Positions 9,784 to 18,401 are shown, counted from the stretch's first letter. The stretch: DNA of 64,000 bases from an uncultured Acidobacterium sp. (GCA_964513235.1 CAZEMI010000266.1:34826-98825), one strand, 5' to 3'. Numbers and translations are program-made. The notes: a model not told the origin generated them from the sequence alone.

Positions 9784-11139
9784 ATGTCTGGAGCCCAGGG
9801 GCAGAACACCGTCGAGCAGACGGACGTCGGCAGTTATTTCGTCGCCAATTACCCGCCGTTTTCGACGTGGGCGGCCGAAAATATCAGGGACGCCCACGTC
9901 GCCCTGAGCGAGCGTCCCGATTCCGGAGGAATCGGGACGCAAGTCGAAGGGCGGCCTTTAGGCCTGTACCTCCACATCCCCTTCTGCCGCAAGCGCTGCC
10001 ACTTCTGCTACTTCCGCGTCTATACCGACAAGAACGCGCGCGAGGTCGAGCACTACCTCGATCGGCTCGCGCGCGAATGGGAGCTCTACGCGAAGACGCC
10101 GGCGGTGGCCGGCCGCCGCTTCAACTTCGTCTATTTCGGCGGCGGCACGCCGTCGTTCCTGTCGACCAGGCAGCTGCAGAAGGTCGTCAAGCGCCTCAAC
10201 GCCAATGGCGAATGGAACCAGGCCGAGGAGATCACTTTCGAGTGCGAGCCCGGCACGCTCACCGACGCCAAGCTCGCGGCGATCCGCGACATGGGCGTCA
10301 CGCGGCTCAGTCTCGGCGTCGAGAATTTCAGCGACCGCATTCTCGAATTGAACGGCCGCGCCCACCGCTCGCCCGAAATCGGCAAAGCCTACGACGCGGC
10401 GCGCGCGCTGGGCTTTCCGCAGATCAACATCGATTTGATCGCCGGCATGCTCGGCGAAACCGACGCCAACTGGCAGGACTGCATCGCGCGCACGCTGGCG
10501 ATGTCGCCCGACAGCATCACCATCTACCAGATGGAGCTGCCCTACAACACGACGATCAGCGGCGACCTGCTGAAAGGCGGCGGCCAGTTCGCCGACCCGG
10601 TGGCCGGCTGGGCGACCAAGCGCCGCTGGGTGGACGAGGCGTTCTCCGCGCTCGAGCGCGCCGGGTATCACATCGGCAGCGCCTACACGGCGGTGAAGGA
10701 TCCCGCCCGCGCCAAGTTCGTGTATCGCGATCGGTTATGGGAAGGCGCCGACCTGCTCGGCCTCGGCGTAGCCTCCTTCGGCCACATCAACGGCGTGCAC
10801 GTGCAGAACCTCGACACCTGGCCGAAGTACCAGGACGCCATCGAGCGCGGCGAGATCCCGCTCGGCCGCGCCTACCGTCCGAGCCACGAAGAACGGATGA
10901 TCCGCGAGTTCGTGCTGCAATTGAAGCGCGGCTCCAACCGTCCGTCGTACTTCGCCCAGAAGTACGGCGTCGACGTGCTCAGCCGCTTCAACGATGCGCT
11001 CGAGTCGCTCCGCCGGGACGGCTACCTGGCCGAATTGAGCGCCGACCGCATTGCGTTGACCCGCGAGGCCCTCTTGCGCGTCGACGTGCTGCTGCCACGC
11101 TTCTTCCTGCCGGAACACACCGGCATCCGATACACATAA
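9784..11139 (+). CDS. Radical SAM protein, HemN/HemW-like (coproporphyrinogen III oxidase family)
   Basis: ATG at 9784. CxxxCxxC cluster motif in HIPFCRKRCHFCYF, a YFGGGTPS block, and a HemN_C-like C-terminal region. Confidence 0.8.
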   Translation: MSGAQGQNTVEQTDVGSYFVANYPPFSTWAAENIRDAHVALSERPDSGGIGTQVEGRPLGLYLHIPFCRKRCHFCYFRVYTDKNAREVEHYLDRLAREWELYAKTPAVAGRRFNFVYFGGGTPSFLSTRQLQKVVKRLNANGEWNQAEEITFECEPGTLTDAKLAAIRDMGVTRLSLGVENFSDRILELNGRAHRSPEIGKAYDAARALGFPQINIDLIAGMLGETDANWQDCIARTLAMSPDSITIYQMELPYNTTISGDLLKGGGQFADPVAGWATKRRWVDEAFSALERAGYHIGSAYTAVKDPARAKFVYRDRLWEGADLLGLGVASFGHINGVHVQNLDTWPKYQDAIERGEIPLGRAYRPSHEERMIREFVLQLKRGSNRPSYFAQKYGVDVLSRFNDALESLRRDGYLAELSADRIALTREALLRVDVLLPRFFLPEHTGIRYT

Positions 11140-11151
11140 AGCGCGGGCGTC

Positions 11152-12540
11152 ATGTCGAATATTTCCAGTGAATACGACGTAGTTGTGATCGGCGGAGGTC
11201 CCGCCGGGGCCACGACGTCGACGATTCTCGCGCAGGGGGGACTGAGAGTCGGCCTCTTCGAGCGCGAGAGATTCCCCCGCTTCCACATCGGCGAATCGCT
11301 GATCCCCGAAACTTACTGGGTGCTGAAGCGGCTCAACATGCTCGAGAAGATGCAGAAGAGCCACTTCGTCAAGAAGTACAGCGTGCAGTTCGTCAACGCG
11401 CAGGGCAAGGAATCGGCGCCGTTCTACTTCTGGGACAACAAGCCGCACGAGTGCTCGCAGACCTGGCAGGTGGTGCGCAGCGAGTTCGACCAGATGATGC
11501 TCGACAACGCCCGCGAGCACGGCGTTGACGCCCACGACGGCGTGCACGTGGTTGAAGTGCTGTTCGACGGCGAAGCCGACCGCGCGGAGCGCCGTCAGAG
11601 TAATCGTGAAGCCGACCGCGCGGAGCGCGGTCAAGGTAAGGCTACCGGCATTGCAATTAAACAGGACGGCCAGCGCAAAGAGATCAGCGCCAAAGTGGTC
11701 GTCGATGCCAGCGGGCAGGCCGCCATGCTGATGAACCGCATGAAGCTGCGGATCTGGGATCCGGTCCTCAACAAAGGCGCCATCTGGACCTACTGGGAAG
11801 GCGCCTACCGCGACACCGGCCGCGATGAGGGCGCCACCATGGTGCTGCAGACTCCAGGCCGCGACGGCTGGTTCTGGTACATCCCGCAGCACGACAACAT
11901 CGTGTCGCTGGGCGTCGTGGCGCCGTTTGATTACCTGTTCAAGGGGCGAAAGGGCGATCACGAGGCCACCTACTTCGAGGAGGTCGAGAAGACGCCGGCG
12001 GTGAAGAAGCGCGTCGCGAATGCACAACGCGTGACCGGGTTCTTCGCCACGCGCGACTATTCGTATCGATCCACGCAGGTGGCCGGCAACGGCTGGGTGC
12101 TCGTCGGCGATGCCTTCGGGTTTCTCGATCCGCTCTATTCGTCCGGAGTGCTGCTGGCGCTCAAGTCCGGCGAGCTGGCGGCCGACGCGATCATCGACGG
12201 CCTGAAGAACGGCGACACCAGCGGCGCGCAGCTCGGCCGATGGGGCGACACCTTCAACCAGGGCGTCGATCGGATGCGCCGGCTGGTGTGCGAGTACTAT
12301 GACGGCTTCAGCTTCGGCAACTTCGTCCGCAACTTCCCGGAGCTGCGCAACACGGTGACCGATCTCCTGATCGGCGACCTGTTCGAGGACAAGGTCGACA
12401 AGGTGTGGAAGCCCATGGAGTCCCTCTACCCGGCCGACAAGCAGCGCCTCAAGACGTGGCGCGAAGGCGCCGCCCCCGACGCTGCCGAACACAAGGTCAA
12501 CGAGCTCGTGGTGCCCAAGGACTTGCGCCTCGGCATCTAA
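11152..12540 (+). CDS. FAD-dependent oxidoreductase, flavin-dependent halogenase-like
   Basis: GxGxxG (VVVIGGGPAGATT), RFHIGESL, Lys region FVKKYSVQF and the WxWxIP-type motif GWFWYIP. It contains an in-frame 2 x 36-bp tandem repeat at 11572-11643. A non-halogenating enzyme of the same fold cannot be excluded. Confidence 0.75.
   Translation: MSNISSEYDVVVIGGGPAGATTSTILAQGGLRVGLFERERFPRFHIGESLIPETYWVLKRLNMLEKMQKSHFVKKYSVQFVNAQGKESAPFYFWDNKPHECSQTWQVVRSEFDQMMLDNAREHGVDAHDGVHVVEVLFDGEADRAERRQSNREADRAERGQGKATGIAIKQDGQRKEISAKVVVDASGQAAMLMNRMKLRIWDPVLNKGAIWTYWEGAYRDTGRDEGATMVLQTPGRDGWFWYIPQHDNIVSLGVVAPFDYLFKGRKGDHEATYFEEVEKTPAVKKRVANAQRVTGFFATRDYSYRSTQVAGNGWVLVGDAFGFLDPLYSSGVLLALKSGELAADAIIDGLKNGDTSGAQLGRWGDTFNQGVDRMRRLVCEYYDGFSFGNFVRNFPELRNTVTDLLIGDLFEDKVDKVWKPMESLYPADKQRLKTWREGAAPDAAEHKVNELVVPKDLRLGI
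11572..11643. repeat. 2 x 36-bp tandem duplication inside the halogenase-like CDS
   Basis: GAAGCCGACCGCGCGGAGCGC occurs at 11572 and 11608. It encodes EADRAERRQSNR / EADRAERGQGKA. Confidence 0.9.
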
Positions 12541-12542
12541 TC

Positions 12543-12598
12543 TGTGTCTAATCGGTGTCAATCTGTGGCCTGTGTCTAATCGGTGTCAATCTGTGGCC
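12543..12598. repeat. 2 x 28-bp tandem repeat TGTGTCTAATCGGTGTCAATCTGTGGCC (AATCGGTG word family)
   Basis: Perfect duplication between the halogenase-like stop and the thioesterase gene. Related copies lie at 7581-7617 and 26033-26068. Confidence 0.95.
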
Positions 12599-12994
12599 TA
12601 TAAGCGCCGCGTGGAGTTTGCCGAGACCGACATGGCCGGCCAGGTCCATTTCGCGAATTTCTTCCGCTACATGGAGGAGGCCGAGCACGCGATCTGGCGC
12701 AAGGCGGGGATGCGCATCGCCGCCGAAGGCCGCGAGCACCAGTGGCCGCGCATCTCGGCGCAGTGCGACTTCAAGAACCGCTTGAAAGTAGACGATGAGT
12801 TCGAGGTGCGGACCGAGATGGCGAAGGTCAGCAACCGCACCATTCAGTGGGCGCACACCCTCGTGCGCGGCGAGACAGTGATCGCCACCGGAACGGTGAC
12901 GGCCGTCTGCGTGAAAGAACAACCAGACGGATCGATCAAAGCCGTCGAAATACCCGCCGACATTCTGGCCCGCTTGAAGCGGGCTGTGGACTGA
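12572..12994 (+). CDS. Acyl-CoA thioesterase, hotdog fold (4HBT/YbgC-like)
   Basis: RVEFAETDMAGQVHFANFFRYMEEAEHAIW is typical of 4HBT thioesterases. The GTG at 12572 lies inside a 28-bp repeat, and the in-frame GTG at 12593 is an equally plausible start. Confidence 0.7.
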   Translation: MSNRCQSVAYKRRVEFAETDMAGQVHFANFFRYMEEAEHAIWRKAGMRIAAEGREHQWPRISAQCDFKNRLKVDDEFEVRTEMAKVSNRTIQWAHTLVRGETVIATGTVTAVCVKEQPDGSIKAVEIPADILARLKRAVD

Positions 12995-13013
12995 TTGACT
13001 GCCGACTAAACTG

Positions 13014-13619
13014 TCAGACTGCCGACTGAGACTCTGAACTGCCGCCTGTCGACTGCGGACTGCTTCGCAGCCATTTCCAGATCTTCAGCGCAATCACCAC
13101 AATCATCAGCAGAATCACAACGCTGACGCCAAGCGCGAGCAGCGGGAACTTCAGCGTGATCAGGCTGAGGCCGATCACGAACGCATCCTCGGCCAGGCTG
13201 AGGAACCAGTTACTGAACGGCTCGGGGCTGGTGTTGGCGGCCACGCGGGTGCTGGCCTTGGTGACGTGGCTGCCCGCGGCCACCGTGCCCCCCAGCAGCG
13301 CCATCACCGCCTGCAGGCCCGGCGACACGTCGCCGATCGACGCCACGGCGATCAACGCGCCGCCCACCGGGCGAATCAGCGTGTGGACCGAATCCCAGAG
13401 CGAGTCGACCCACGGAATCTTGTCGGCCACGAACTCGACGAGGTAGAGGACGCCGGCGGCGCCGATGATCCAGGAGTTATCGAAGATCGTGAATTGTTCG
13501 GGGAGCTCGACCCAGCCGTAGCGCGACGCCAGGCCGAGAATCACCACGGTCGCATAGAGGTTCACGCCCGCCGCGAGCGAGAACCCGAGCGTTCGACCTA
13601 AGATTACCAGCCACTCCAC
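13014..13619 (-). CDS. DUF4126-like integral membrane protein
   Basis: Several TM helices and the block FVADKIPWVDSLWDSVHTLIRPVGGA match my recollection of DUF4126. Confidence 0.65.
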   Translation of the reverse strand: MEWLVILGRTLGFSLAAGVNLYATVVILGLASRYGWVELPEQFTIFDNSWIIGAAGVLYLVEFVADKIPWVDSLWDSVHTLIRPVGGALIAVASIGDVSPGLQAVMALLGGTVAAGSHVTKASTRVAANTSPEPFSNWFLSLAEDAFVIGLSLITLKFPLLALGVSVVILLMIVVIALKIWKWLRSSPQSTGGSSESQSAV

Positions 13620-13623
13620 GGTT

Positions 13624-13657
13624 CAAGCCCCCAAGTCCTCAAGCCCTCAAGCCCTCG
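13624..13657. repeat. GGCTTGAG word family copy (reverse orientation)
   Basis: CAAGCCCCCAAGTCCTCAAGCCCTCAAGCCCTCG, between plsC and the DUF4126 gene. Confidence 0.8.
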
Positions 13658-13658
13658 C

Positions 13659-14423
13659 CTACTGCCGTCGCAGTTCCTCGATGCGACCGCGAACAATCTC
13701 GATCAATCGATCGCGATCGTCAACCGCATAACCAGTCGTTTCCACCGCCTCCCCGATTCGCACGTCGACCATCACCGGCCGCACCAGCCAGCTGCCCTTC
13801 TGCATCGACGATCGCCCCCCCGACACGGCGACCGGCACGATCGGCGCCTGCGCCTTGATCGCCATGATGAAGCCGCCCTTCTTGAATGGCAAGAGCTCCG
13901 AGGTGCGGCTGCGCGTGCCCTCGGGGAAGATCAGGAACGTGTTGCCCTGCCGGATCGACTCCGCCGCCTCGTCGATCGAGGCCATCGACGCCTCGCGCCG
14001 ATCGCGTTCCACGGGCACGAACCCGCCGGCCATCATGACCTTGCCGAGGATCGGGAGCTTCTTCAGTTCGGCCTTGAACAGCACGTGCAACCGCCGATGC
14101 AGGGCCTGGAACAGCACGGGTGGATCGACGTTGCTCTCGTGATTCGAGCAGAACACCACGGCGCGTCCCTTCGGCATGCGCTCGCGGCCGTGCACGCGGT
14201 AGCGGATGCCGGCCAGCGCCAGCGCGAGACCGACGCCGATGTGGCCGAGGAAGTAGAGAATCCCCTTGATCTTGAACGGCACGCCGATCAGCAAGCCGAT
14301 CGGTCCGGCGATCAGGAGGTACAGGGAGACGATGATGTAGGTGAAGAAGGAGCGGAGGGCAACGTAAGAAGTGGCAAAGTAAGAAGTGAGAAGGGAGAAG
14401 TTGGCCGGCTTCTCGCTTCCCAC
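13659..14423 (-). CDS. plsC: 1-acyl-sn-glycerol-3-phosphate acyltransferase
   Basis: HxxxxD motif (FCSNHESNVDP), an FPEGTRS block and an N-terminal TM segment. The first ~20 codons lie in a word-repeat tract, so the start is uncertain. Confidence 0.8.
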   Translation of the reverse strand: MGSEKPANFSLLTSYFATSYVALRSFFTYIIVSLYLLIAGPIGLLIGVPFKIKGILYFLGHIGVGLALALAGIRYRVHGRERMPKGRAVVFCSNHESNVDPPVLFQALHRRLHVLFKAELKKLPILGKVMMAGGFVPVERDRREASMASIDEAAESIRQGNTFLIFPEGTRSRTSELLPFKKGGFIMAIKAQAPIVPVAVSGGRSSMQKGSWLVRPVMVDVRIGEAVETTGYAVDDRDRLIEIVRGRIEELRRQ

Positions 14424-14441
14424 CTCAAACTTCGTACTTCT

Positions 14442-15065
14442 TTAGGAAGCCCGAGCCTGGCGTCGCGGGGCGGTGACTGCTGCCGCCACCGGCGCCGTGC
14501 GGGCCACGGCCTTCGCCGGAGCCGCCTTGGCATTGGCCGCGCGCGCCACCGCGCGCTGCGCGTTCCGGGCCTTGGTCATGAAGCACTTTTCGAGTGCCTG
14601 GTTGACCCGGTCCTCGATCGCCGCCGCCGTGGTCTGCATCACTTCGGAGATCTCCGAGATGATCAGCGCCTTGGCGCGGTCCAGCATGCGCTTCTCGCGG
14701 AACGAGAGGCTCTTGGACTTGGCGAGGAACGTCAGGCTCTTGAGCACATCGGCCATGTCGTAAATCGAGCCGGTGCGCATCTTGTCTGAGTTATCTTTGA
14801 AGCGGCCTTTCCAATTCTGGTGGTTATCAATCTTGCCGTCGCCCAGCAACAGGAACAGGCGTTCAACTTCTTCGTCGGTGATGGCCCGACGCAGGCCTAC
14901 ATTGTCGACGTTGGCGACCGGAACCAGTACGGTCGTTTCATTCGACAAGATCCGTAGATGAAAAAACCCACAAGTGGTACCAAGAATCGTCTTTTCTTCG
15001 ACTTTTTCGACGACCCCGAGTCCATGGTTCGGGTATATGACCTTGTCACCGATCTTAAATCCCAC
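14442..15065 (-). CDS. carD: CarD family transcriptional regulator with Ala/Lys-rich C-terminal tail
   Basis: The GTG at 15065 gives VGFKIGDKVIYPNHGLGVVEKVEEK... (CarD/TRCF-RID-like N-domain). A sigma70-like promoter at 15128-15157 lies downstream of the ORF-track ATG at 15182, which favours the GTG start. Confidence 0.8.
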   Translation of the reverse strand: MGFKIGDKVIYPNHGLGVVEKVEEKTILGTTCGFFHLRILSNETTVLVPVANVDNVGLRRAITDEEVERLFLLLGDGKIDNHQNWKGRFKDNSDKMRTGSIYDMADVLKSLTFLAKSKSLSFREKRMLDRAKALIISEISEVMQTTAAAIEDRVNQALEKCFMTKARNAQRAVARAANAKAAPAKAVARTAPVAAAVTAPRRQARAS

Positions 15066-15127
15066 GTGCCCCTCGTTTCGAGATGTGGTGTGTATGGCAG
15101 GAGTGGAGTGCGCTATCAGGTCTACAC

Positions 15128-15157
15128 AGTATAGCCGAGAAAGGGGGCTAAAATCAA
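15128..15157 (-). promoter_or_regulatory. Sigma70-like promoter for carD
   Basis: On the minus strand: TTGATT, an 18-nt spacer, then TATACT. This lies about 60 nt upstream of the GTG at 15065. Confidence 0.45.
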
Positions 15158-15255
15158 CGGAAATGGCCGGAAATTGGCGCATTTTGGTAAATTAGGACAC
15201 CCGGCGCCACCCTCTCCTAAACCCTGATTTCGTGCACGGTTAGGCCGTTTTTTGT

Positions 15256-15909
15256 ATGCTCAAACCCATGATCCGTTATGTCGTTCTTCTGACAGTTTTT
15301 GTAATTTCTGCCGTGGGCCCCGCGCGCGAAGCGCGCGCCCTGAGCGAGACTTCGGCCGCCGAAGGCGGTCGAAGTCGAGTCGAACGGGTGAGCGAGCAGA
15401 CCGCAACGCAAAGGCGGCCTGACGCGCCTCAGCTGGCACCCTACGTCCCCACAGGTCACGACGTGGTCGAGCGAATGCTGAGCTTGGCCGGCGTCACCAA
15501 GAACGACTTCGTCGTCGACTTGGGCTGTGGCGACGGCCGCATCCCGATTTGGGCCGCGAAGAAGTACGGCGCCCGAGGCCTGGGCGTCGACATCGATCCG
15601 GTGCGCATCGCCGAGGCCAAAGCGAATGCGAAGAAGGACGGCGTCGAGCACCTCGTCGAGTTCCGGCTGGAGGACGCGCTCAAGACCGATGTGAGCAACG
15701 CAACCGTGGTGACCACGTTCTTGCTGTCGGCATCGAACCTGCGCCTCAGGCCGATCCTGACCAAACAACTCAAACCCGGCTCGCGCGTGGTCACCAACAC
15801 CTTCAGCATGGGCGACTGGGAAGCGGCTAAGACCGACACGTTTGTTGACGCCACGGGACGCACCCGGACGGTCTACTTGTACGTGGCCGACGGTAAGGTG
15901 CGTCAGTGA
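15256..15909 (+). CDS. Class I SAM-dependent methyltransferase with hydrophobic N-terminal signal/anchor
   Basis: Motif I VVDLGCGDGRI, then GLGVDIDP, with the APYVPT motif upstream. The stop overlaps the next gene start (GTGA). Confidence 0.7.
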   Translation: MLKPMIRYVVLLTVFVISAVGPAREARALSETSAAEGGRSRVERVSEQTATQRRPDAPQLAPYVPTGHDVVERMLSLAGVTKNDFVVDLGCGDGRIPIWAAKKYGARGLGVDIDPVRIAEAKANAKKDGVEHLVEFRLEDALKTDVSNATVVTTFLLSASNLRLRPILTKQLKPGSRVVTNTFSMGDWEAAKTDTFVDATGRTRTVYLYVADGKVRQ

Positions 15910-18401
15910 CCGACTTCGAGAAGCTCGGGCTGTTCTATCTCGGCCGAGCGCTCGATCCGGCAACCCACTCCCCACTCACAACTCCCCACTCCCCACTTCT
16001 TTATGACGCTGCCGATCTCGTCACGCACGGCGTGATCGTCGGCATGACCGGCAGCGGCAAGACGGGCCTCGGCATCGGCCTGATTGAAGAATGCGCCATC
16101 GACGGTGTGCCGGTCATTGCCATCGACCCCAAGGGCGATTTAGGAAATTTGTTGTTGGCCTTTCCCACATTGGCCACGGAAGACTTTTTGCCGTGGGTGG
16201 AGGCAGACCAGGCGCGTCGGGCCGGACAAACCGTCGAGACCTTTGCCGCCGCCGAAGCCGCGCGATGGTCGAAGGGCCTCGCCGAGTGGGGCCAGGACGG
16301 CACGCGCATCGCGCGCTTGCGGGATGCGGCGGAATTCGCGCTCTATACGCCGGGCAGCTCGTCGGGCCGGCCGCTGTCGATCATGAAATCCTTCGCGGCG
16401 CCCGACCCGGAGATCGTGAACGACGCCGAGCTGCTGCAGGACCGCGTGTCGACGGCCGCTACCAGCGTGCTCACGCTGGCGGGGATCGACGCCGAGCCGA
16501 TCAAGAGCCGCGAGCACGTGCTGATTGCGAATCTCTTCACCAACAGCTGGCGCGCCGGCGTCGATCTCGATCTGCCGGCACTGATCGCGCAGATCCAGTC
16601 GCCGCCCATCGCCAGGGTGGGCGTGCTCGATCTCGAGAGCTTCTTTCCGTCGAAGGAACGCTTTCCCCTGGCCGTGCAGCTGAACCAGCTGCTCGCGGCG
16701 CCCGGCTTCGGCGCGTGGCTCGAGGGCGAAGCCCTCGATATCGACCGCCTGCTCTATGGATTGAACGGCCGACCCCGCGTCAGCGTGATCTCGATCGCCC
16801 ATCTCGACGACCAGGAGCGGATGTTCTTCGTCTCGCTGCTGCTCAACGAGATCGTCGGGTGGATGCGCAGCCAGCGCGGCACGTCGAGCCTGCGCGCGCT
16901 CGTGTACTTCGACGAGATCACCGGCTTTCTGCCGCCGGTGGCGAACCCGCCGTCGAAGCCGCCGCTGCTGACGCTGTTGAAACAGGCCCGCGCGTTTGGA
17001 TTGGGCGTGGTGGTGGCGACGCAAAATCCCGTCGACCTGGACTACAAGGCACTCTCCAACGCCGGCACGTGGATGCTGGGCCGGCTGCAAACTGAACGGG
17101 ATAAATCGCGCGTGCTAGACGGACTGGAAGGCGCCGCTTCGTCGGCCGGCGGCGGGTTCGAACGCGCTCAACTGGATCGGATGCTCTCGGCGCTCGCAAA
17201 GCGACAATTCCTCCTGCATAACGTTCACGAAAAAGAACCGGTATTGTTCGAAACCAGGTGGGCACTCTCGTACCTGCGAGGGCCGTTGGGGCGCGATGAG
17301 ATCAAGCGGCTGACGCGTACTCAGCCTCCACCACACGCTGCCGCTGCGACCGAAGGTCGCATCTCGACGAAGCTCGCGGCTGGTTCGAGCGCGAGCGAAG
17401 TCGGACGCAGTGCACCTATTGTCGATCCGTTGATCGACCAGTTCTTTGCGCCGGGTGGTACCGAGTACGTCCCGATGCTCATGGGAACCGCGCGGGTTGC
17501 GTACTCGGATTCCAAGATCGGTCTCGCCGAAACCCGCGACGTCACCGTCGTGACGCCAATCAGCACCAGCGCGGTCGCGGTGAATTGGGATCAGGCGGAG
17601 CTCGCCGATTTCTCGGTCAACGATCTATCGAAAACCGCGCCGGATGGCACAACCTTCGGCCCGCTGCCGGCCGCGGCCACCAAGCCGAAAAACTACGCGA
17701 CCTGGAAGAAGGATTTCGCGCACTGGATTGCGCAGTCGCAATCGATCGAATTGTTCAAGAGCGCGCGCGCGAAGCTGGTGTCGGCCCCGGATGAATCCGA
17801 ACGTGACTTTCGGATTCGCCTGCAGACCGAGGCACGCGAAGCCAGGGATGCCGCGCTCGCCAGGGTCCGTGACAAATACGCGTCGAAGATGACCACGCTG
17901 CAGGATCGCATTCGCCGGGCTGAGCACGCGGTGCAAGTGCAGTCGGAGCAGGCCAGCGGCGCGAAGATGGGCGCGGCGGTGTCGATCGGCGCGACGATCT
18001 TCGGGGCGTTGCTGGGCCGCAAGGCGGTCGGCACCGGCACCCTTGGACGCGCCACCACGGCGGCCCGGGGCATGGGGCGCATCAGCAAAGAGGCCCAGGA
18101 CGTGGCGCGGGCCACCGAGAACGTCACGGCCCTCACGACGCAACTGGGCGAGCTCGAAACGGCCATGGAAGCCGACCTGCAATCCGTGTCGGCCGACTGG
18201 GATCTGTCGAACGAGCCGTTTGAGCACGTGCTGGTCAAACCCAAACGCGGCGGCGTGTCGGTGCAACTGGTCGCACTGGTGTGGATGCCCGCGAAACCTG
18301 TCCTGACCCTTCGACAAGCTCAGGGTCATCCCGAGCGTAGTCGAGGGATGAGCGAGCGACGCGTGGTCGCTCCGAACATGCGTCGCGAGTCGAACGGATG
18401 A
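15906..18401 (+). CDS. HerA/FtsK-like (DUF87-type) P-loop ATPase with long coiled-coil/Gly-zipper C-terminal extension
   Basis: Walker A GMTGSGKTG, IDPKGD, Walker B-like LVYFDEI and ATQNPVDLD. The C-terminal ~350 aa holds a coiled-coil plus GAKMGAAVSIGATIFGALLG. The last ~30 codons run through a REP-like element. Confidence 0.7.
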   Translation: MTDFEKLGLFYLGRALDPATHSPLTTPHSPLLYDAADLVTHGVIVGMTGSGKTGLGIGLIEECAIDGVPVIAIDPKGDLGNLLLAFPTLATEDFLPWVEADQARRAGQTVETFAAAEAARWSKGLAEWGQDGTRIARLRDAAEFALYTPGSSSGRPLSIMKSFAAPDPEIVNDAELLQDRVSTAATSVLTLAGIDAEPIKSREHVLIANLFTNSWRAGVDLDLPALIAQIQSPPIARVGVLDLESFFPSKERFPLAVQLNQLLAAPGFGAWLEGEALDIDRLLYGLNGRPRVSVISIAHLDDQERMFFVSLLLNEIVGWMRSQRGTSSLRALVYFDEITGFLPPVANPPSKPPLLTLLKQARAFGLGVVVATQNPVDLDYKALSNAGTWMLGRLQTERDKSRVLDGLEGAASSAGGGFERAQLDRMLSALAKRQFLLHNVHEKEPVLFETRWALSYLRGPLGRDEIKRLTRTQPPPHAAAATEGRISTKLAAGSSASEVGRSAPIVDPLIDQFFAPGGTEYVPMLMGTARVAYSDSKIGLAETRDVTVVTPISTSAVAVNWDQAELADFSVNDLSKTAPDGTTFGPLPAAATKPKNYATWKKDFAHWIAQSQSIELFKSARAKLVSAPDESERDFRIRLQTEAREARDAALARVRDKYASKMTTLQDRIRRAEHAVQVQSEQASGAKMGAAVSIGATIFGALLGRKAVGTGTLGRATTAARGMGRISKEAQDVARATENVTALTTQLGELETAMEADLQSVSADWDLSNEPFEHVLVKPKRGGVSVQLVALVWMPAKPVLTLRQAQGHPERSRGMSERRVVAPNMRRESNG
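15964..15998. repeat. 5 heptamers CCCACTC (one ACAACTC variant) inside the ATPase CDS
   Basis: It encodes THSPLTTPHSPLL between the conserved N-terminal LGRALD and LLYDAADLVTHG segments. Confidence 0.85.
18303..18356. repeat. REP-like palindromic element within the 3' end of the ATPase CDS
   Basis: CTGACCCTTCGACAAGCTCAGGGTCATCCCGAGCGTAGTCGAGGGATGAGCG. Translations are LRQAQGHPERSRG (+) and TLSLSKG (-), strings I recognise as products of a widespread bacterial repeat. Arms are TCATCCC/GGGATGA and CCTTCGAC/GTCGAGGG. Confidence 0.55.

Noticed and set aside
10735-12561. 608-aa minus-strand ORF opposite the radical SAM and halogenase-like genes
   Set aside because: No recognisable motifs. It is antisense to two genes with clear signatures, and it starts in the AATCGGTG repeat (MTPIR), which creates fortuitous start codons.
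15217-15975. 252-aa minus-strand ORF opposite the SAM methyltransferase
   Set aside because: Arg/Gly-rich shadow translation. The plus-strand gene has clear SAM-binding motifs.
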